From Octopus sinensis (taxonomy: Eukaryota): 64,000 nt of DNA. Below, in pieces: positions 50,641 through 64,000 of this stretch. A program made the translations under genes and the position numbers. The notes under the pieces are model-generated. The model searched no databases and was not told where the DNA came from. It saw only the letters and a list, made by a program, of their open reading frames with translations. How positions within the stretch are numbered: the first letter of the stretch is position 1; every line of letters begins with the position of its first letter. The DNA lies in NCBI RefSeq assembly GCF_006345805.1, contig NC_043001.1:50592001-50656000 (forward strand), given 5' to 3'.

Positions 50641-51758
50641 CATCAATCTCAATATAGTCAACTTTGTCTTATGTTTGTATGTATGTATGCATGTATGTCA
50701 TTGCTCAATTTTATAAAAAAATTTCTTGCCAACTGATTTCTAACCTAGATCCAAGGCTTCCTCATTGGAATTTCACCAATGACGGCAGGGTATTTTTGCA
50801 TGTATGTGTGTATGTATGTATGAAGTCAGTACATGTGTAGATTTGTGTTTATTCTCATGCATATGTGTGCGTGTGTGTGTGTGTGAATGTATGTATGTAT
50901 GTATGTATGTATGTATGTATGTATGTATGTATGTATGTATGTGTGTATGTGTGCATGTCTGTTCTGTATAGAAATATACAACACTATTATGAAAGAAAAC
51001 TGAAGGTTATATCACTTCTTATAATATTAAATAAGTATTTATACATATATATGTGTGTGAGTGTATGTATGTATGTATGTATGTATGTATGTATGTATGT
51101 ATGTATGTGCCTGTGAGTGTATTTGTGTAAATAAATTTATATTTCCCCTCATCTTCACGTGAGTAACAGCCAGTGTTCATTGCTGGCAGTCAACCATATA
51201 ACTAAGTTTGGGATGGTTGTTGCTTGATAAATATATGGTTTATTATTTTGCTTAGAAACAGGTGAAAATTGGTGAATGGAAGAGCACCCATGTAGAAAAC
51301 CTGCTTCAATGAATTCCGTCTGCTCTTAGCAAGACGGAAAAGTAGACATTAAAATGATCACACACACACACACACACATATATAAAACAAAATAAACATT
51401 AAATGATGTTGATGATGATGATGATAACTGGCACTTGGTTGCTTACGACAATGAGGGCTCCAGTTGATCCAGTCAACAGAACAGCCTGTTCATGAAATTA
51501 ACATTCAAGTGGCTGAGCACTCCACAGACATGTGTACCCTTAATGTAGTTCTCAGGGAGATTCAGCATGACACAGAGTGTGACAAGGCTGGCCCTTTGAA
51601 ATACAAGTACTACTCATTTTTGCCAGCTGAGTAGACTGGAGCAACTTGAAATAAAGTGTCTTGCTCGAGGACACAGCATGTCACCAGGAATTGAACTCAT
51701 GGCCTTACAATCATGAGCTGATTACTCCTAACCACTAAACCATGCACTTAGTGGTTAT

Positions 51759-51798
51759 ATGATGAAGGCTGGAGGGTATATCAAGCTGAAACGTTGTG
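51759..51798 (+). ncRNA. Degenerate minimal HHR-like motif between two SINEs
   Basis: ATGATGA A GGCT...AGCT GAAAC GTT; C3 mutated, weak stem I. Confidence 0.3.
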
Positions 51799-51941
51799 TT
51801 AACAACAAACAAGATGAGGACAAATATCCGTCAAATGTAAATAATGTAAATAATTGGGCAAACGTCTTCTACTATAGCTTTGGGCCAACAAAAGCCTTGT
51901 GAGTGGATTTGGCAGACAGAAACTGAAAGAAGAACGTTGTA

Positions 51942-51984
<43 letters not shown>

Positions 51985-54225
51985 GTATGTGTGTATATGT
52001 TTGTGTGTCTGTGTTTGTCCCCCCAACATCGCTTGACAACCTATGCTGGTGTGTTTATGTCCCTGTAACTTAGCAGTTCAGCAAAAGAACAGACAGAATA
52101 AGTACTAGGCTTACAAAGAATAAGTCCTGGGGTCGATTTGCTCGACTAAAGCTGGTGCTTCAGCATGGCCACAGTCAAATGACTGAAACAAGTAAAAGAG
52201 TAAAAGAGAGTATATATATATATATATATATATGTATATAATTTTTAAGTAATTTATTTTTAAGAGGTGGATGTGACAGAAACTCCTGAATATACAATGT
52301 TTCGATTGTGGAGCATATAAAAAGCAAAAATCTTTGTAAGAGTCAAAGAATTTTAATATTTCTTTAGTGGTTACAGCTGTTTTATAATGTACTCCAAGTT
52401 CCATTATTGATTATATATAATACATACATACATACACACATACATGCATACATATATGAGTATATATATTTCTGCATCAAAGTTAATGAGTAGATTATGA
52501 AACATAAATTCTTAGCTTCTCACATCTCGTTTGGTTGGCTCATTGGTTAGAGCATTGGGTTTACAATTATGAAGTTGTGAGTTCGAAACCTGGACCACAC
52601 TGTGTTCATTATGTTCTTGAGCAAGGCACTTTATTTCACACTGCTTCAGTTCACTCAACCATGGAAATGAATTGCAATGTCACTGGTAGCAAGCTGTATT
52701 AGCCTTTGCTGTTGTCTTGGACAACATTGGTGGCACAGAGAAGGGAGCCTGGTATACATGGGCAACTGCTAGTCTTCCACAAACAACCTTGCCTAGACTT
52801 GTACCTTAGAAAGGAACTTTCTAGGTGCAATCCCATGGTCATTCACGACCAAAAGAATTCTTTACTCCCCTTTACCTTTTTGCAAGAACATTTGATGCAT
52901 ACACATCCTGTAACATAACTACTATGCCACTTTCCTTAAAACTATGATATGGAATATATTACAGTTCTCCATTTGAATCATTCGCAAAAATACCATTCCC
53001 TCTCTTCTTGACCATGTTTTTACATTATACAAATTTTTTTCTGAATTTCTGCTTTGCCATGTTAAGCTAAATTGCTTTGTGTTTATATTTCTTTTTTTTT
53101 TTATAAAATATGACATGTCAGGTTTTAAGTCCATAGAGGCATGAAATCAAAACTAATAGCTTACAGTTGTAGTAAAGCTAATGTTTTATAGACATGGAGA
53201 TCATGCCAAACCATTGTATGATAAGAAGTTTTCTGTTTTGTATAGAAATATTCAACACTGTTATGAAAGAAAACTGAAGGTTATATCACTCTTCTTATAA
53301 CATTGTATAAGTATTTATATCATTTAAACACACTCAAAGGTATGTGAGTGTGTGGGCATGAGTGCTTGTAAATGTGTATGACTGCCTTTTTTTTCATTTG
53401 ACGGCCAAGATAAAAAGCAACATCCGTGAGAAAGTTTGTCAAAATACACCCCCATCCTCTCTCTCTCTCTCCTTCTCTCTCTCCTTCTCTCTCACTTCTA
53501 CTCTCCTTCTATCTCACTCTCTCCCCCTCTCTCTCTCATGCACACATCCGCACACACATACACGCACACTTACACAACACAGAAGATCTTGCAAACATTT
53601 GTACATACAAATGCAGCTTTATACATCATGTCCCAATTTTTTTATTAATTGTTGGTCTGCTATTGTTGTGTATTTATTTAGCTACACTAAAACTTATAAC
53701 ACTTGGTACTATAATAAAGGTTTTTAAAAACAGTGGCTTAGCTGCAGTAGTTTGGCAAAAGGCCAGTGAATTTGAAGAACTGTTAAGGTGTTTAAAAAAT
53801 GCCTTGTGGTACATACTTATATCACGAAGCCTAACAACATAGCAACTAATGAGCAGGTAGGTAGAAAAAAAGTGGATTAAGGGACAGTTTTAATCTGTGA
53901 AGCTGTACTATCTGATATAAAAAAAAATAATTATAATATGCTGAAACTCTGTAGCATTATAGCTTGATTATAGAAATGTTTGAATTCATATCCTGCTCAT
54001 GATTACTGGAAATCATTGCATTTGGCAAAAATGCCTATTGCCCTGCTTTGCAACTCCACACAAAGAGCTGGTCAATGACCCTCGTGTTTGTAATTAAAAG
54101 CAAAATGATAATCTGATTTTATCAATTTTTTCAACTGACTAAGGAAACAGTATGTCTCTGCTGCTGTGTATTTTGGCACTAACTCTGTAATCATTTCTTT
54201 TACAAAAAAAAAATTCAAATCATTG

Positions 54226-54282
<57 letters not shown>

Positions 54283-54355
54283 CAAATGCCTGCATGTAGC
54301 AGTTGATGTGTGCTTGTTCAAGTGGTGTGTGCATGTGTGTGTTAGTGCATATGTA

Positions 54356-54389
<34 letters not shown>

Positions 54390-57300
54390 TGTGACTCAAT
54401 AGTGTGCAGGTGTAACAAAATTTTTATTTATTTTTTGTCATTGGTCAGTAAGTGTTATTTCCTATTTGCTTCTATCTAGAAATCAAAGGAAATGACTACT
54501 ATTCCCTTCAAACTTTGCTTTTGTGACCTTGACATCAATGTTTTGAAACTGACCTATTTTCATTACATTTCAGACAGATTCAGTGCTGAGTTGCTGAAGC
54601 AGAAATATCATTATAGCAAATATTCTGCTCAATATCACAGATTTGTTTGTCACTTGTTTGACCATAACCACTTGAGCTTGCCCCTTAGTGGCTGACAATA
54701 TCTGCAATTCTGATCATGAGTAGGAGTAGTGAGGGAGCATTGTAGCTATGTGTTGAGAGATTCTTTGTGGTTTGAATAAATGTAACAGAAGCAAAGTTTG
54801 AAAGAAATATTAACCATTTTTCAAACTTTCTAGGTGTAAGCAAATCAGAAATAAAAGTAGCTACCCAAGGACAAAAATCATGCTACACAGTGTTATGTAT
54901 AACAACATACATTAATCCTTTCTACTATAGGCACAAGCCCTGAAATTTGCAGGGGAGGGGTTAAGTCGATTACATCGACCCCAGTACTCAACTGGTACTT
55001 AATTTATCGATCCCCAAAAGATGAAAAGTAAAGTTGACCTCGGCAGAATTTGAACTCAGAGCATAGCGACAGGCAAAATACTGCTAAGCATTCCACCCAG
55101 CGTGCCAACAATTCTGCTAGCTCACTGACTTATATAACAGCATACATCAATGTAATCCTTAATTTCTTTCTTAATTTATCGATCCCAAAAAGATGTAAAG
55201 TAAAGTTGACCTCGGCAGAATTTGAACTCAGAGCATTGCGACAGGCAAAATACTGCTAGCATTCCACCCAGCGTGCCAACAATTCTGCCAGCTCACTGAC
55301 TATAATGTAATCCTTAATTTCTTTGTTATTGATGACAGCCTGAGAATCAAAACTGTAAGTATTAACAATGCAGAGAATCAGCTTGACTTGATAACATAAA
55401 AGACTCAGGAAATCTGTTAAATTGATCTCAGTACTTGTTAGTACTTTATTTCATTGAACCCAGAAGGATAAAAATCAAAGAGTTGTCCTCAGAAGTATTT
55501 GAACTCAGAATTCTAGAACAAATACTGCAATGCAAAAAGCAGTGTTCTTATTCTTTTATATTTATTCTTTTACTTGTTTCTGTCATTTGACTCCGGTCAT
55601 ACTGGGGCATAGCCATGAATTTTTAGTTGAATGAATCGACTCCAGTACTTATTTTTTTAAAGCTGGTACCGCTAAATTACAGGGATGCAAACATACTAAC
55701 ACCAGTTGTCAAGTGGTGGTGGTAGGGGGTACAAACACAGACACAAAGATGCACACACATAGATATACATACATATATATATATGATGGGCTTCTTTCAG
55801 TTTCCATCTACCAAATCCACTCACAAGGCTTTGCTCAGCCTGAGGGTATAGTAGAAGATACTTGCCCAAGGTGCCATGAAGTGGGACTGAACTTGGAACC
55901 ATGTGGTTGGGAAGCAAGCTTCTTACCACACAGCCATGCCTTACTTGAGAATTGATGAAAACTGCTTTCCAAACTGAAAAAAAAGAGAGAAAATACCTAA
56001 AAATCCCCTTACATTAATGGTTTCCTTACCTCTCCTATTCCATTCAAAGACTACAATAAATATATAATATATAGGTACTCTTTACAAGGAATAACCAAAG
56101 TGTATTATGACAGACTTTAACTCGCTGCTTTCTTCTTACAACAAAACAATAATATGCAATGCATTTGAATTACTTGTACCAACCAATATTTGGGAGACCT
56201 CAAGGCAGCGAACTAGTGGAATCGTTAGCACACTGGGCAAAATACTTGGTGGTATTTTGTCCATCTCTATGTTCTGAGTTTCAATTTCACCAAAGTCAAC
56301 TTTGGCTTTCATTCTTTCAGGGTAGATAAAATAAGTACCAATTGTGTACTGGGAGGGGGGGATCTACTCAATCTATCCCTTCCCCAAAATTGCTGGCCTT
56401 GTGCCAAAACTTGAAACCAATATTTGGGAATACCTAACTGGATATAGAGGAAATATACTCCTTTAATATTAAAACCTGTGAAATCCTGACATAAATTGCA
56501 AGCTTCCACAGCAAGAAATATTAACATATTCTATTTCAGCCAAGATAACCTTTGGTTAGTTTATCTTATTACACTGACATCTACTAAATAACAGCAGCAA
56601 AAACAAATATATAAACTAAGTACTTAACACGGGAAGGAACAACATTAATCATCATTGTTGCTGCTGCCTCTGCCACTGCCACCACCATTGTCATTTTTAC
56701 ATCCGCTTTTCCATGTTTGCATGGGTCAGACAGAATTCATCGAGGCAGATTTTCCTGCCCCAACCCTCACCAGTTTCCAAGCCAAGCAGCATTTTCCAAT
56801 GACAAAACATGTTTACATAGAAGATTGGAAATGGGGGACACTGCTTGAATGGCAGTGGCACTCATAATTATTACAAGATGTCAGGACTAGGTGAGACAGA
56901 GACATCCACATCCATGAACACTGGAGACATGTGGCTTTGTGGTTAGGGTGTTGGATTCATGATCATAAGATTATGGTTTCGATTCCTGGACTGGGCGATG
57001 TGTTATGTTCTTGAGTAAAACACTTCATTTTACGTTGCTCCAGCCCACTCAGCTGGCTAAAGTAAGTAATCCTGTGATGGACTGGCAACCCATCCAGGTG
57101 GGGAATTTATACTCCTTGGAAACTGGGAAACTGGCCCTTATGAGTCATCATGACTTGAGAAAGTAACTTTACCTTTTTACTTTTTTTACACCCATGCACA
57201 CACCTAAACACACACACAGACACGCACACACACACACTTGCACAAACAAGTACACACATATATAAAATGGATATCTTTCAGTTTCCATCTACCAAATCTA

Positions 57301-59579
57301 CTCACAATGATTTGGTTGACCCAGTGCTCTAGCCAAAGATACTTGTCCAAAGAGTCACACAGTGGGGTTAAACTCAAAACTAGGCAGTTTGAAAACAAAC
57401 TTCTTAAATACAGCAATGCTCACACTTATATTAATAAAATTCCTAATTTATTTGCAGTTTTCTAACAATGTATCCCAGCAAAGACTGACGAAAAAAACAT
57501 TCTATAAATCAATAAAAGTGTATGTATTGTTTGTTATGTTTCACATATACAGCAATCTAATATTGGTTTCACATTTTGGCACAATGCCAGCAATTTTGAG
57601 GCAGGGTAAATCGATTACATCAACTCCAGTGCTCAGCAAAAATGCTTAGCGGTATTTCGTCTGCCGTTATGTTCTGAGTTCAAATTCCGTTGAGGTCGAC
57701 TTTGCCTTTCATCCTTTCAGGGTTGATTAAATAAGTACCAGTTATGCACTAGGGTCGATATAATTGGACTTAATCCGTTTGTCTGTCCTTGTTTGTCTCC
57801 TCTGTGTTTAGCCCCTTGTGGGTAGTAAAGAAATAAGTATTTATTTTATCAACCCTGTGAGGATAAAAGGCACCTTGACCTTGGTGGAATTTGAATTCAG
57901 AATGAAAGGATGGATGAAATGCCACTAAGCATTTTGCTTGGTTAGCTAATGATTCTATCAGCTTCCTGCCTTACTGGAAGCTAAAATTGATCTCAAATTT
58001 TGACACAAGACCAGCAGTTTTGGGGAAGTAGGTAAGCCAGTTACATCAACTCCAGTGGTCAACTGGTACTTATTTTATCAACCCCGAGAGGATGAAAGGC
58101 AAAGTTGACCTCAGTGGCACATTTGAACTCAGAACATAAAGATGGATGAAATGCTGCTAAGGATTTTACCTGGTGTGCTAATGACTCTGCCTGCTTGCCA
58201 CCTTACTGAAAGCTAACACTGATAAGTGTACCCTCTCTTGAACTTACAGCTATAACACTGTATCGCATTTTGAAGGCTATAAATTTGCAATCCATGACCA
58301 GAAGATAGCTACAAAATATCTCTTAAAGACGGCAAAACATTTAAACCACTAAGATATGTCAGAAAATATAGACTTTGCCAGAAATCTGCGTTAGATGCTA
58401 GACACGATCAGCAACTTCCTCAAAATATCACCGAGTTGCTACAATTTATTGTTTGTTCCTTCTCGAGCCATGTCTGGCTCATAAGGGCCGGTTTCCCGGT
58501 TTCCTTGGTGTATAGGTTCCCACCTGGATGGGACGCCGGTCCATCGCAGGTGAGCTGCAAGATGCAGGAGGAAAGAATGAGAGAAAGTTGTGGCGAAAGA
58601 GTCAGCAGAAGTTTGCCATTACCTTCTGCCGGAGCCACGTGGAGCTTAGGTGTTTTGCTCATAAACACACACATCGCCCGGTCTGAGATTCGAACCCATG
58701 ATCCTTCGACCGTGAGTCTGCTGCTCTAACCACTAGGCCATGTGCCTCCACCTACAATTTGATGAGGTATGATGTTCTTTGCAAAGCAAGATCCAATGAT
58801 ATCCATAAAAAAAGGCTCTCCCGAGACAAATATAGAAAATACTTCTGATATTTATGTTTCAATATAAGAAATATCAGATGAACATTTCCATCAAAATTAC
58901 TGCCAAATATAAACATAACAATAGGCCTGGTATAATTTTTATGCTGCTTGTCCAACTATTTTTAACTAGCTGATGTATTTCTTTCAAAATCAGTGAGAAA
59001 GAGAACATATATATACAACTAATTTGAAATTCATAACTTCTCTACTCAGGTTATTAATTTACATTTATATACATTCAAACTTATGGTTATTGGTGGGTCA
59101 TTTAGTTAGTAGTCAGGGTGTTGAACTTATGACTATAACATTGTGGTTTCAATTCCTGGACCAGGTGATGTGTTCTTGAGCAAGACACTTAATTTCACAT
59201 TACTCCATTCCACTCAGCTGGCAAAAATGTGTAATGCTGTGATGGACTAGCATCCTCTCCGGGTGGGGAGTATATATGCCATGGAAACCTGGAAACTGGC
59301 CCTTATGAGCAGGTATGGCTTGGGAAGGAACTTTACTTTTTCCTATTTAGCTATGTTATTAACTCAATAGCTCTCAATCTTTTTTTAATCAAGAGGTGTG
59401 CTGGAAATTAAATAAAAAAATTAATGGTGCACTTTACACAGGAATAAAGAAACTATATTTCTAAAGTTTAAAAAAACTGAGAAAAAAATTATAAGAAATC
59501 TATTGCTTTCTTGTTTTATTAATCATATATGTGTGTGCAACAAAATCATGAATAACATGCTTTTTAAGCCCCTCATATA

Positions 59580-59765
59580 GCACCGCCACTACCATCACCA
59601 CCACCACCACCACCATCATCACCACCACCACCATCACCACCACCACAACCATGACCATGACCACGACCACCAACACCACCACCACCACCACCATCACTGC
59701 CGCCGCTACCACCACTGCCGCCGCCTCCACCACTACTGCTGCCACCACCACCACCACCACCATCA
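59580..59765. repeat. (CAC)n-rich trinucleotide tract
   Basis: Seen directly. Confidence 0.9.
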
Positions 59766-60001
59766 GTTTTATGCCCACTTTTTCATGCTAGAATAGGCTG
59801 GATAGAATTTTGCTTCTAAGTAATGTAATATTTCCCCATGATCAGACATGTTTTCCATGGAAAATTGGGAATGAAGGACACAGCTTGCATGATGATGACA
59901 CCTGTTTACAACTACCGTGTGAAGTTAAGACAAGGAGACATAACACACAAACTCACACACATACATATGTACAGACACTCACATACACATATACACATAT
60001 A

Positions 60002-60832
60002 CTAGGGTAAGGAAAAAAACTCTTGTTTCTATAGTTTATTAAAACAAAAGCAAGAGTTGAACAATTACATTATTTTTCAACATAGCCTCCTTGCTTTTTA
60101 GTGCACTTCTTCCAGTGATCCGCAAGCTTACTTATTCCATCAGAGAAAGTTTGTGGCTGGTCATGCAACCATTTGTTAACCATTTCCTGTGCTTCTTCAT
60201 CTGTAGCAAACTGACAAGCTCGTAAAGGATGTTTGAGTAGTCCAAAGAGGTAATAGTGAAAAGAAGCAAGACATGGATTGTATGCAGGGCATTCCAGCAA
60301 TTCTATACCCAATTTTTCAATGGTTTCAATGGTATGGGCAGCCATATGTGGGCATCCATTTTCATGCCACAATAACACTTGTTTTAACAATTGACATCAG
60401 CTTTTGGCGCAAATTGGTGTTTTCAGTTTGTTAGCCAGCATTTTTCTATAGTCTACACTGATGACTGTATACCCTTTTCCAGGTAATGTTCCAATATAGG
60501 CCATTTTGCATCCCCCAAAACAGTTAGCACCACTGAATCTTCAGATCAGTGGTGGAGGTTGATGGGCATCCTACTCTCTCTTCATGCATCATGCTTGTCC
60601 AACTATTAAATTTCTCGATTCACTCATACACACTTCTACATGGTAGACCACTGTTCCTGAATTGTGTTGAAAGGCTGCAATGAATTTCAGCTCCTGACTC
60701 ACTTTCAGACCAATAAAATCACTTATCTCTGTTCTTCCTTGTTGCACGCTGCTAGCTGAGTAACCATGTTTACCCTGTAGTACAAGGAAGAAAACTGGAG
60801 AAACCAAGATCTATTTTTAACTTTACCCTCAC
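60002..60832 (-). mobile_element. Decayed mariner element
   Basis: LLWHENGCPH...LLECPAYNPCLAS.HYYLFG.LK...W.KC....GGYVEK*; degenerate TIRs agggtaaggaaaaa / tttttaactttaccct. Confidence 0.85.
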
Positions 60833-60834
60833 TA

Positions 60835-61100
60835 TCTACTAATAAAGATTTAGCCAACCAATATGTTGAATATTACAATTGTGTCCTACAACGTGCTGGA
60901 TATAAATACTCAATTGAACATATCCCCATGTAGGATATTCCTCTCTCCACTAAACCCAGAACAGAAACCAGTTCCGTATTCCCATATAATGAACGTAAAA
61001 TCCTCCCTATCCTACCCTTCCAATACCTGTTCAATTTTTAAAATAGCAGATAACCTAACAAACAACCCCACCAAGCTGAACACACCAAGTTGCCACAGGA
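60835..61100 (+). pseudogene. PLE RT C-terminal relic
   Basis: STNKDLANQYVEYYNCVLQRAGYKYSIEHI resembles the same PLE segment seen at 9715. Confidence 0.5.
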
Positions 61101-62707
61101 GAAGGCATCACAGCATGTAGCATCCTAGATGAAGAGCCTATCACCACAGAACAGGAAAATTGTCATACCATCAGGTTTTTTACTGTCCCCTCAGTCTGGT
61201 TTGACCTGGGAAAGGAAGCCTGCAGCATCTAGGCCATGCTTTATGATTTTGTTAAGGGTGGCATGGTATGGAAGGTAACCATGGAAGGATTATGCAGCAG
61301 CATTCAAGAGGTTTATAGATCTGGAGGTCAAGCCTCAGGAAAACGCTGATGCACACAGTCACTAACAAACCGAGTGCCAGTCAAGTGATGGCACCGCATT
61401 GAGCCAAGCTCCACTGTGAGGCTCGGAGGCTGAGCAGAAACATGCCAGATGGTGCTGGTCAGGTTGGCTGGCCTAGGCATGGCTGTGTAGTCAAGTTTTC
61501 TTTGCAACTACATGGTTTTGAGATCAATCCCATCAGAAGGAATCTTGGATAAGTGTCTTCTATTGTAACCTTTGGCTGAGCAATATCTTTTGAGGATATT
61601 TGGCAGATAGTGATTATATAAAGCCTATTATATACATGTGTATACATATTATGTGGTGTGGGAGTATATGCAAGTGTGTGTGTAGTATGTACATACACTG
61701 TACATACAGTAGAAGAAACTTGTCCAAAGTGCTACGCGGTGGGACTTAATTTGGAACTGTGTGGTTAGGAAGCAAACTTCTTACTATGTGACCAGTCTAT
61801 CCCTACATGAATAAATATTCAATATTCATGATTGCATTTTTAGGCCAATAATTTCTCATGAATGGCCAGCCTGTTGGGAAAGAGAACATTTATTTCAGAC
61901 ATTCCAGGTTCTCAATAAAAACTGATATTCTGTCAGTTATGACAACAAAGGTTCCAGTTGATCTGATTAACAGAACAGCCTGCTAGTGAAATTAACATGT
62001 AAGTGGCTGAATACTCCACAAACATACTCTCTTTTACTCTTTTATTTGTTTCAGTCATTTGACTGCGGCCATGCTGGAACACTGCCTTTAGTCGAGCAAA
62101 TCGACCCAAAGACTTATTCTTTGTAAGCCTAGTACTTATTCTATCGTTTCTTTTGCCGAACTGCTAAGTTACGGAGACATAAACACACCAGGATCGGTTG
62201 TCAAGCGATGTTGGGTGGGGCAAACACACACACACACACACACATACATATATATATACATACAACAGGCTTCTTTCAGTTTCCGTCTACCAAATCCACT
62301 CACAAGGCTTTGGTCGGCCCAAGGCTATAGTAGAAACCACTTGCCCAAGGTGCCACGCAGTAGGATTGAACCCGGAACCATGTGGTTGGTAAGCAAGCTA
62401 CTTACCACACAGCCACTCCTGTGTACTCTTAACATAGTTCTCAGGGAGATTCAGCATGACATAGAGTGTGAAAAGGGCTGACCCTTTGAAATACTGGTAC
62501 TACTCATTTTTGCCAGCTGAGTGGACTGTAGCAACGTGTAATAAAGTGTCTTGCTCAAGGACGCAACGCATTGCCAGGAATTGAACTCATGATCTTACGA
62601 TAGTGAGCAGAATGCCTTAACCACTAAGCCACACATTTTCACGGGTTCTCAATAGATTAACTAATACTGCAATGTAAAGAACACAATCAATTCTGGTTGT
62701 GCAATAT

Positions 62708-62900
62708 ATGAGGAAGTGCTGAAAAGTTCCTGGCTTTGGGTAAAAGAAAATACAGGAGGATCAGTTAATTATGACTTTATTTAACATGTTCCCCTCTCAG
62801 ATTCACACAGATATTGCAGCAACACATCAGATTTTCTAAGCCCTGTAAAAGAACTCGGAAGTTTGGGTCTCCAACCAGGCCTTTTGCGATACCCTTAAAG
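62708..62900 (-). mobile_element. Mariner 3'/TIR fragment
   Basis: gaggaagtgctgaaaagttcctggc terminus followed by an antisense transposase C-terminus remnant. Confidence 0.55.
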
Positions 62901-62969
62901 TTAGAAACTTTTCTCTAATCCCATATATGGGTGTCAAAACCATGAGATTATAATCCATTAATAGAATAA

Positions 62970-63000
62970 ACACATGCACACACACATGCACACACACATG

Positions 63001-63031
<31 letters not shown>

Positions 63032-63172
63032 ACACACACACACACATACACACACACACACACAGAGGCAGGCTCAGGCACAGACAGACAGACAGGCAGG
63101 CAGACACAGACAGACAGACAGGCAGGCAGACACAGACAGACAGACAGACAGACACACACACACACACACACT
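62970..63172. repeat. Compound (CA)n/(CAGA)n microsatellite
   Basis: Seen directly. Confidence 0.95.
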
Positions 63173-63559
63173 TACATTTTATGTAGTATACCTTGAGTAA
63201 ATTAGCTATAGTTCAGTACAGTCAAGAAGGTTGTAACTAACTTGACATTGTAGAGAAAGAGAGAGAGGGTGCATATGTGATCTTGCATCAATGTTTATAT
63301 TTCTTTCTTGGTCACCACTTAGTTGAAGTGGTACTGATGTTGATACTTCTTGTTGACATTATGACCAGCCAGCCACCCATTCTATGATTTTGCAGAGATC
63401 ATTACTTGAAAAACATGTAAGCGTTGGCAACAGGAAAAGCATCCAGCTGTAAAAATTCCTGCCTCAAATAACCCACCATCCAAAACTATGCTAGCATGGG
63501 AAAAATGGATGTTAAATCAACAAATGAATATTGTTTAAACTTGAACAGAGTACAAAATA

Positions 63560-63811
63560 TACTTATTTTAGTCATCAGCCTGCAGCCATGCTGGAGCACC
63601 TCCTAGAAGGGTTTTAGGTGAACAAATCGACCCCCAGTACTATTTTAAGCCTGGTACTTGCTTTATTGGTCTCTATTTTGTCAAACTGTTAAAGTAGGGG
63701 ATCTTAAACAAACCAACACTAGTTGTCAAGTGGTGGTGTGGAACAAACACCAACACAAAGGCACACACACACACATGCACACAACAGACACATAAACACA
63801 CATGCATGTAT

Positions 63812-63849
<38 letters not shown>

Positions 63850-64000
63850 ACATACACATACTCACAAACACACACACACACTCACACAAACACACACACA
63901 CACTCACACACACACACAATTATATGATGGGGTTCTTTCAGTTTCTGTTTACCAAATCTACTTACAAGGCTTTGTTGGGCCTGGAGTTATAGCAGAAGAC
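63560..64000 (-). mobile_element. SINE B with expanded internal CA tract, running off the window
   Basis: gccatgctggagcacc...gttgtcaag...ttctttcagtttc...accaaatc. Confidence 0.75.

Noticed and set aside
54998-55324. Tandem ~170-bp duplication
   Set aside because: Simple local duplication of a SINE A fragment plus flank; no additional structure

Overview
AT-rich, repeat-dense eukaryotic DNA, most consistent with an Octopus-type cephalopod genome (inferred from the tRNA-derived SINE families, RTE LINEs and dense TA/CA/AAT/GAA microsatellites). No intact host protein-coding gene is recognisable, and most ORF-track entries are microsatellite or SINE read-through. Identifiable content includes dozens of SINEs from at least 3 families, a 5'-truncated but open RTE LINE RT ORF (17391-18743) with an embedded C4HC3 PHD-like finger, RTE, RTE-X and R4-like fragments, Tc1/mariner relics, Merlin-like and hAT MITEs, a solo LTR, Penelope-like element (PLE) RT/GIY-YIG relics and one or two CpG-rich promoter-like spots. 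The main hidden signal is RNA-level: about 12 hammerhead ribozyme (HHR) motifs from several families, most in (TA)n-flanked non-coding elements. The strongest case is a ~600-bp head-to-tail array (46581-48200) with one HHR per unit plus an inverted copy, a retrozyme/PLE-pLTR-like cassette predicted to release ~600-nt monomeric, possibly circular, RNAs. Several TA-flanked insertions also carry inverted or long direct duplications of neighbouring DNA. All calls were made by eye; no database searches were run.
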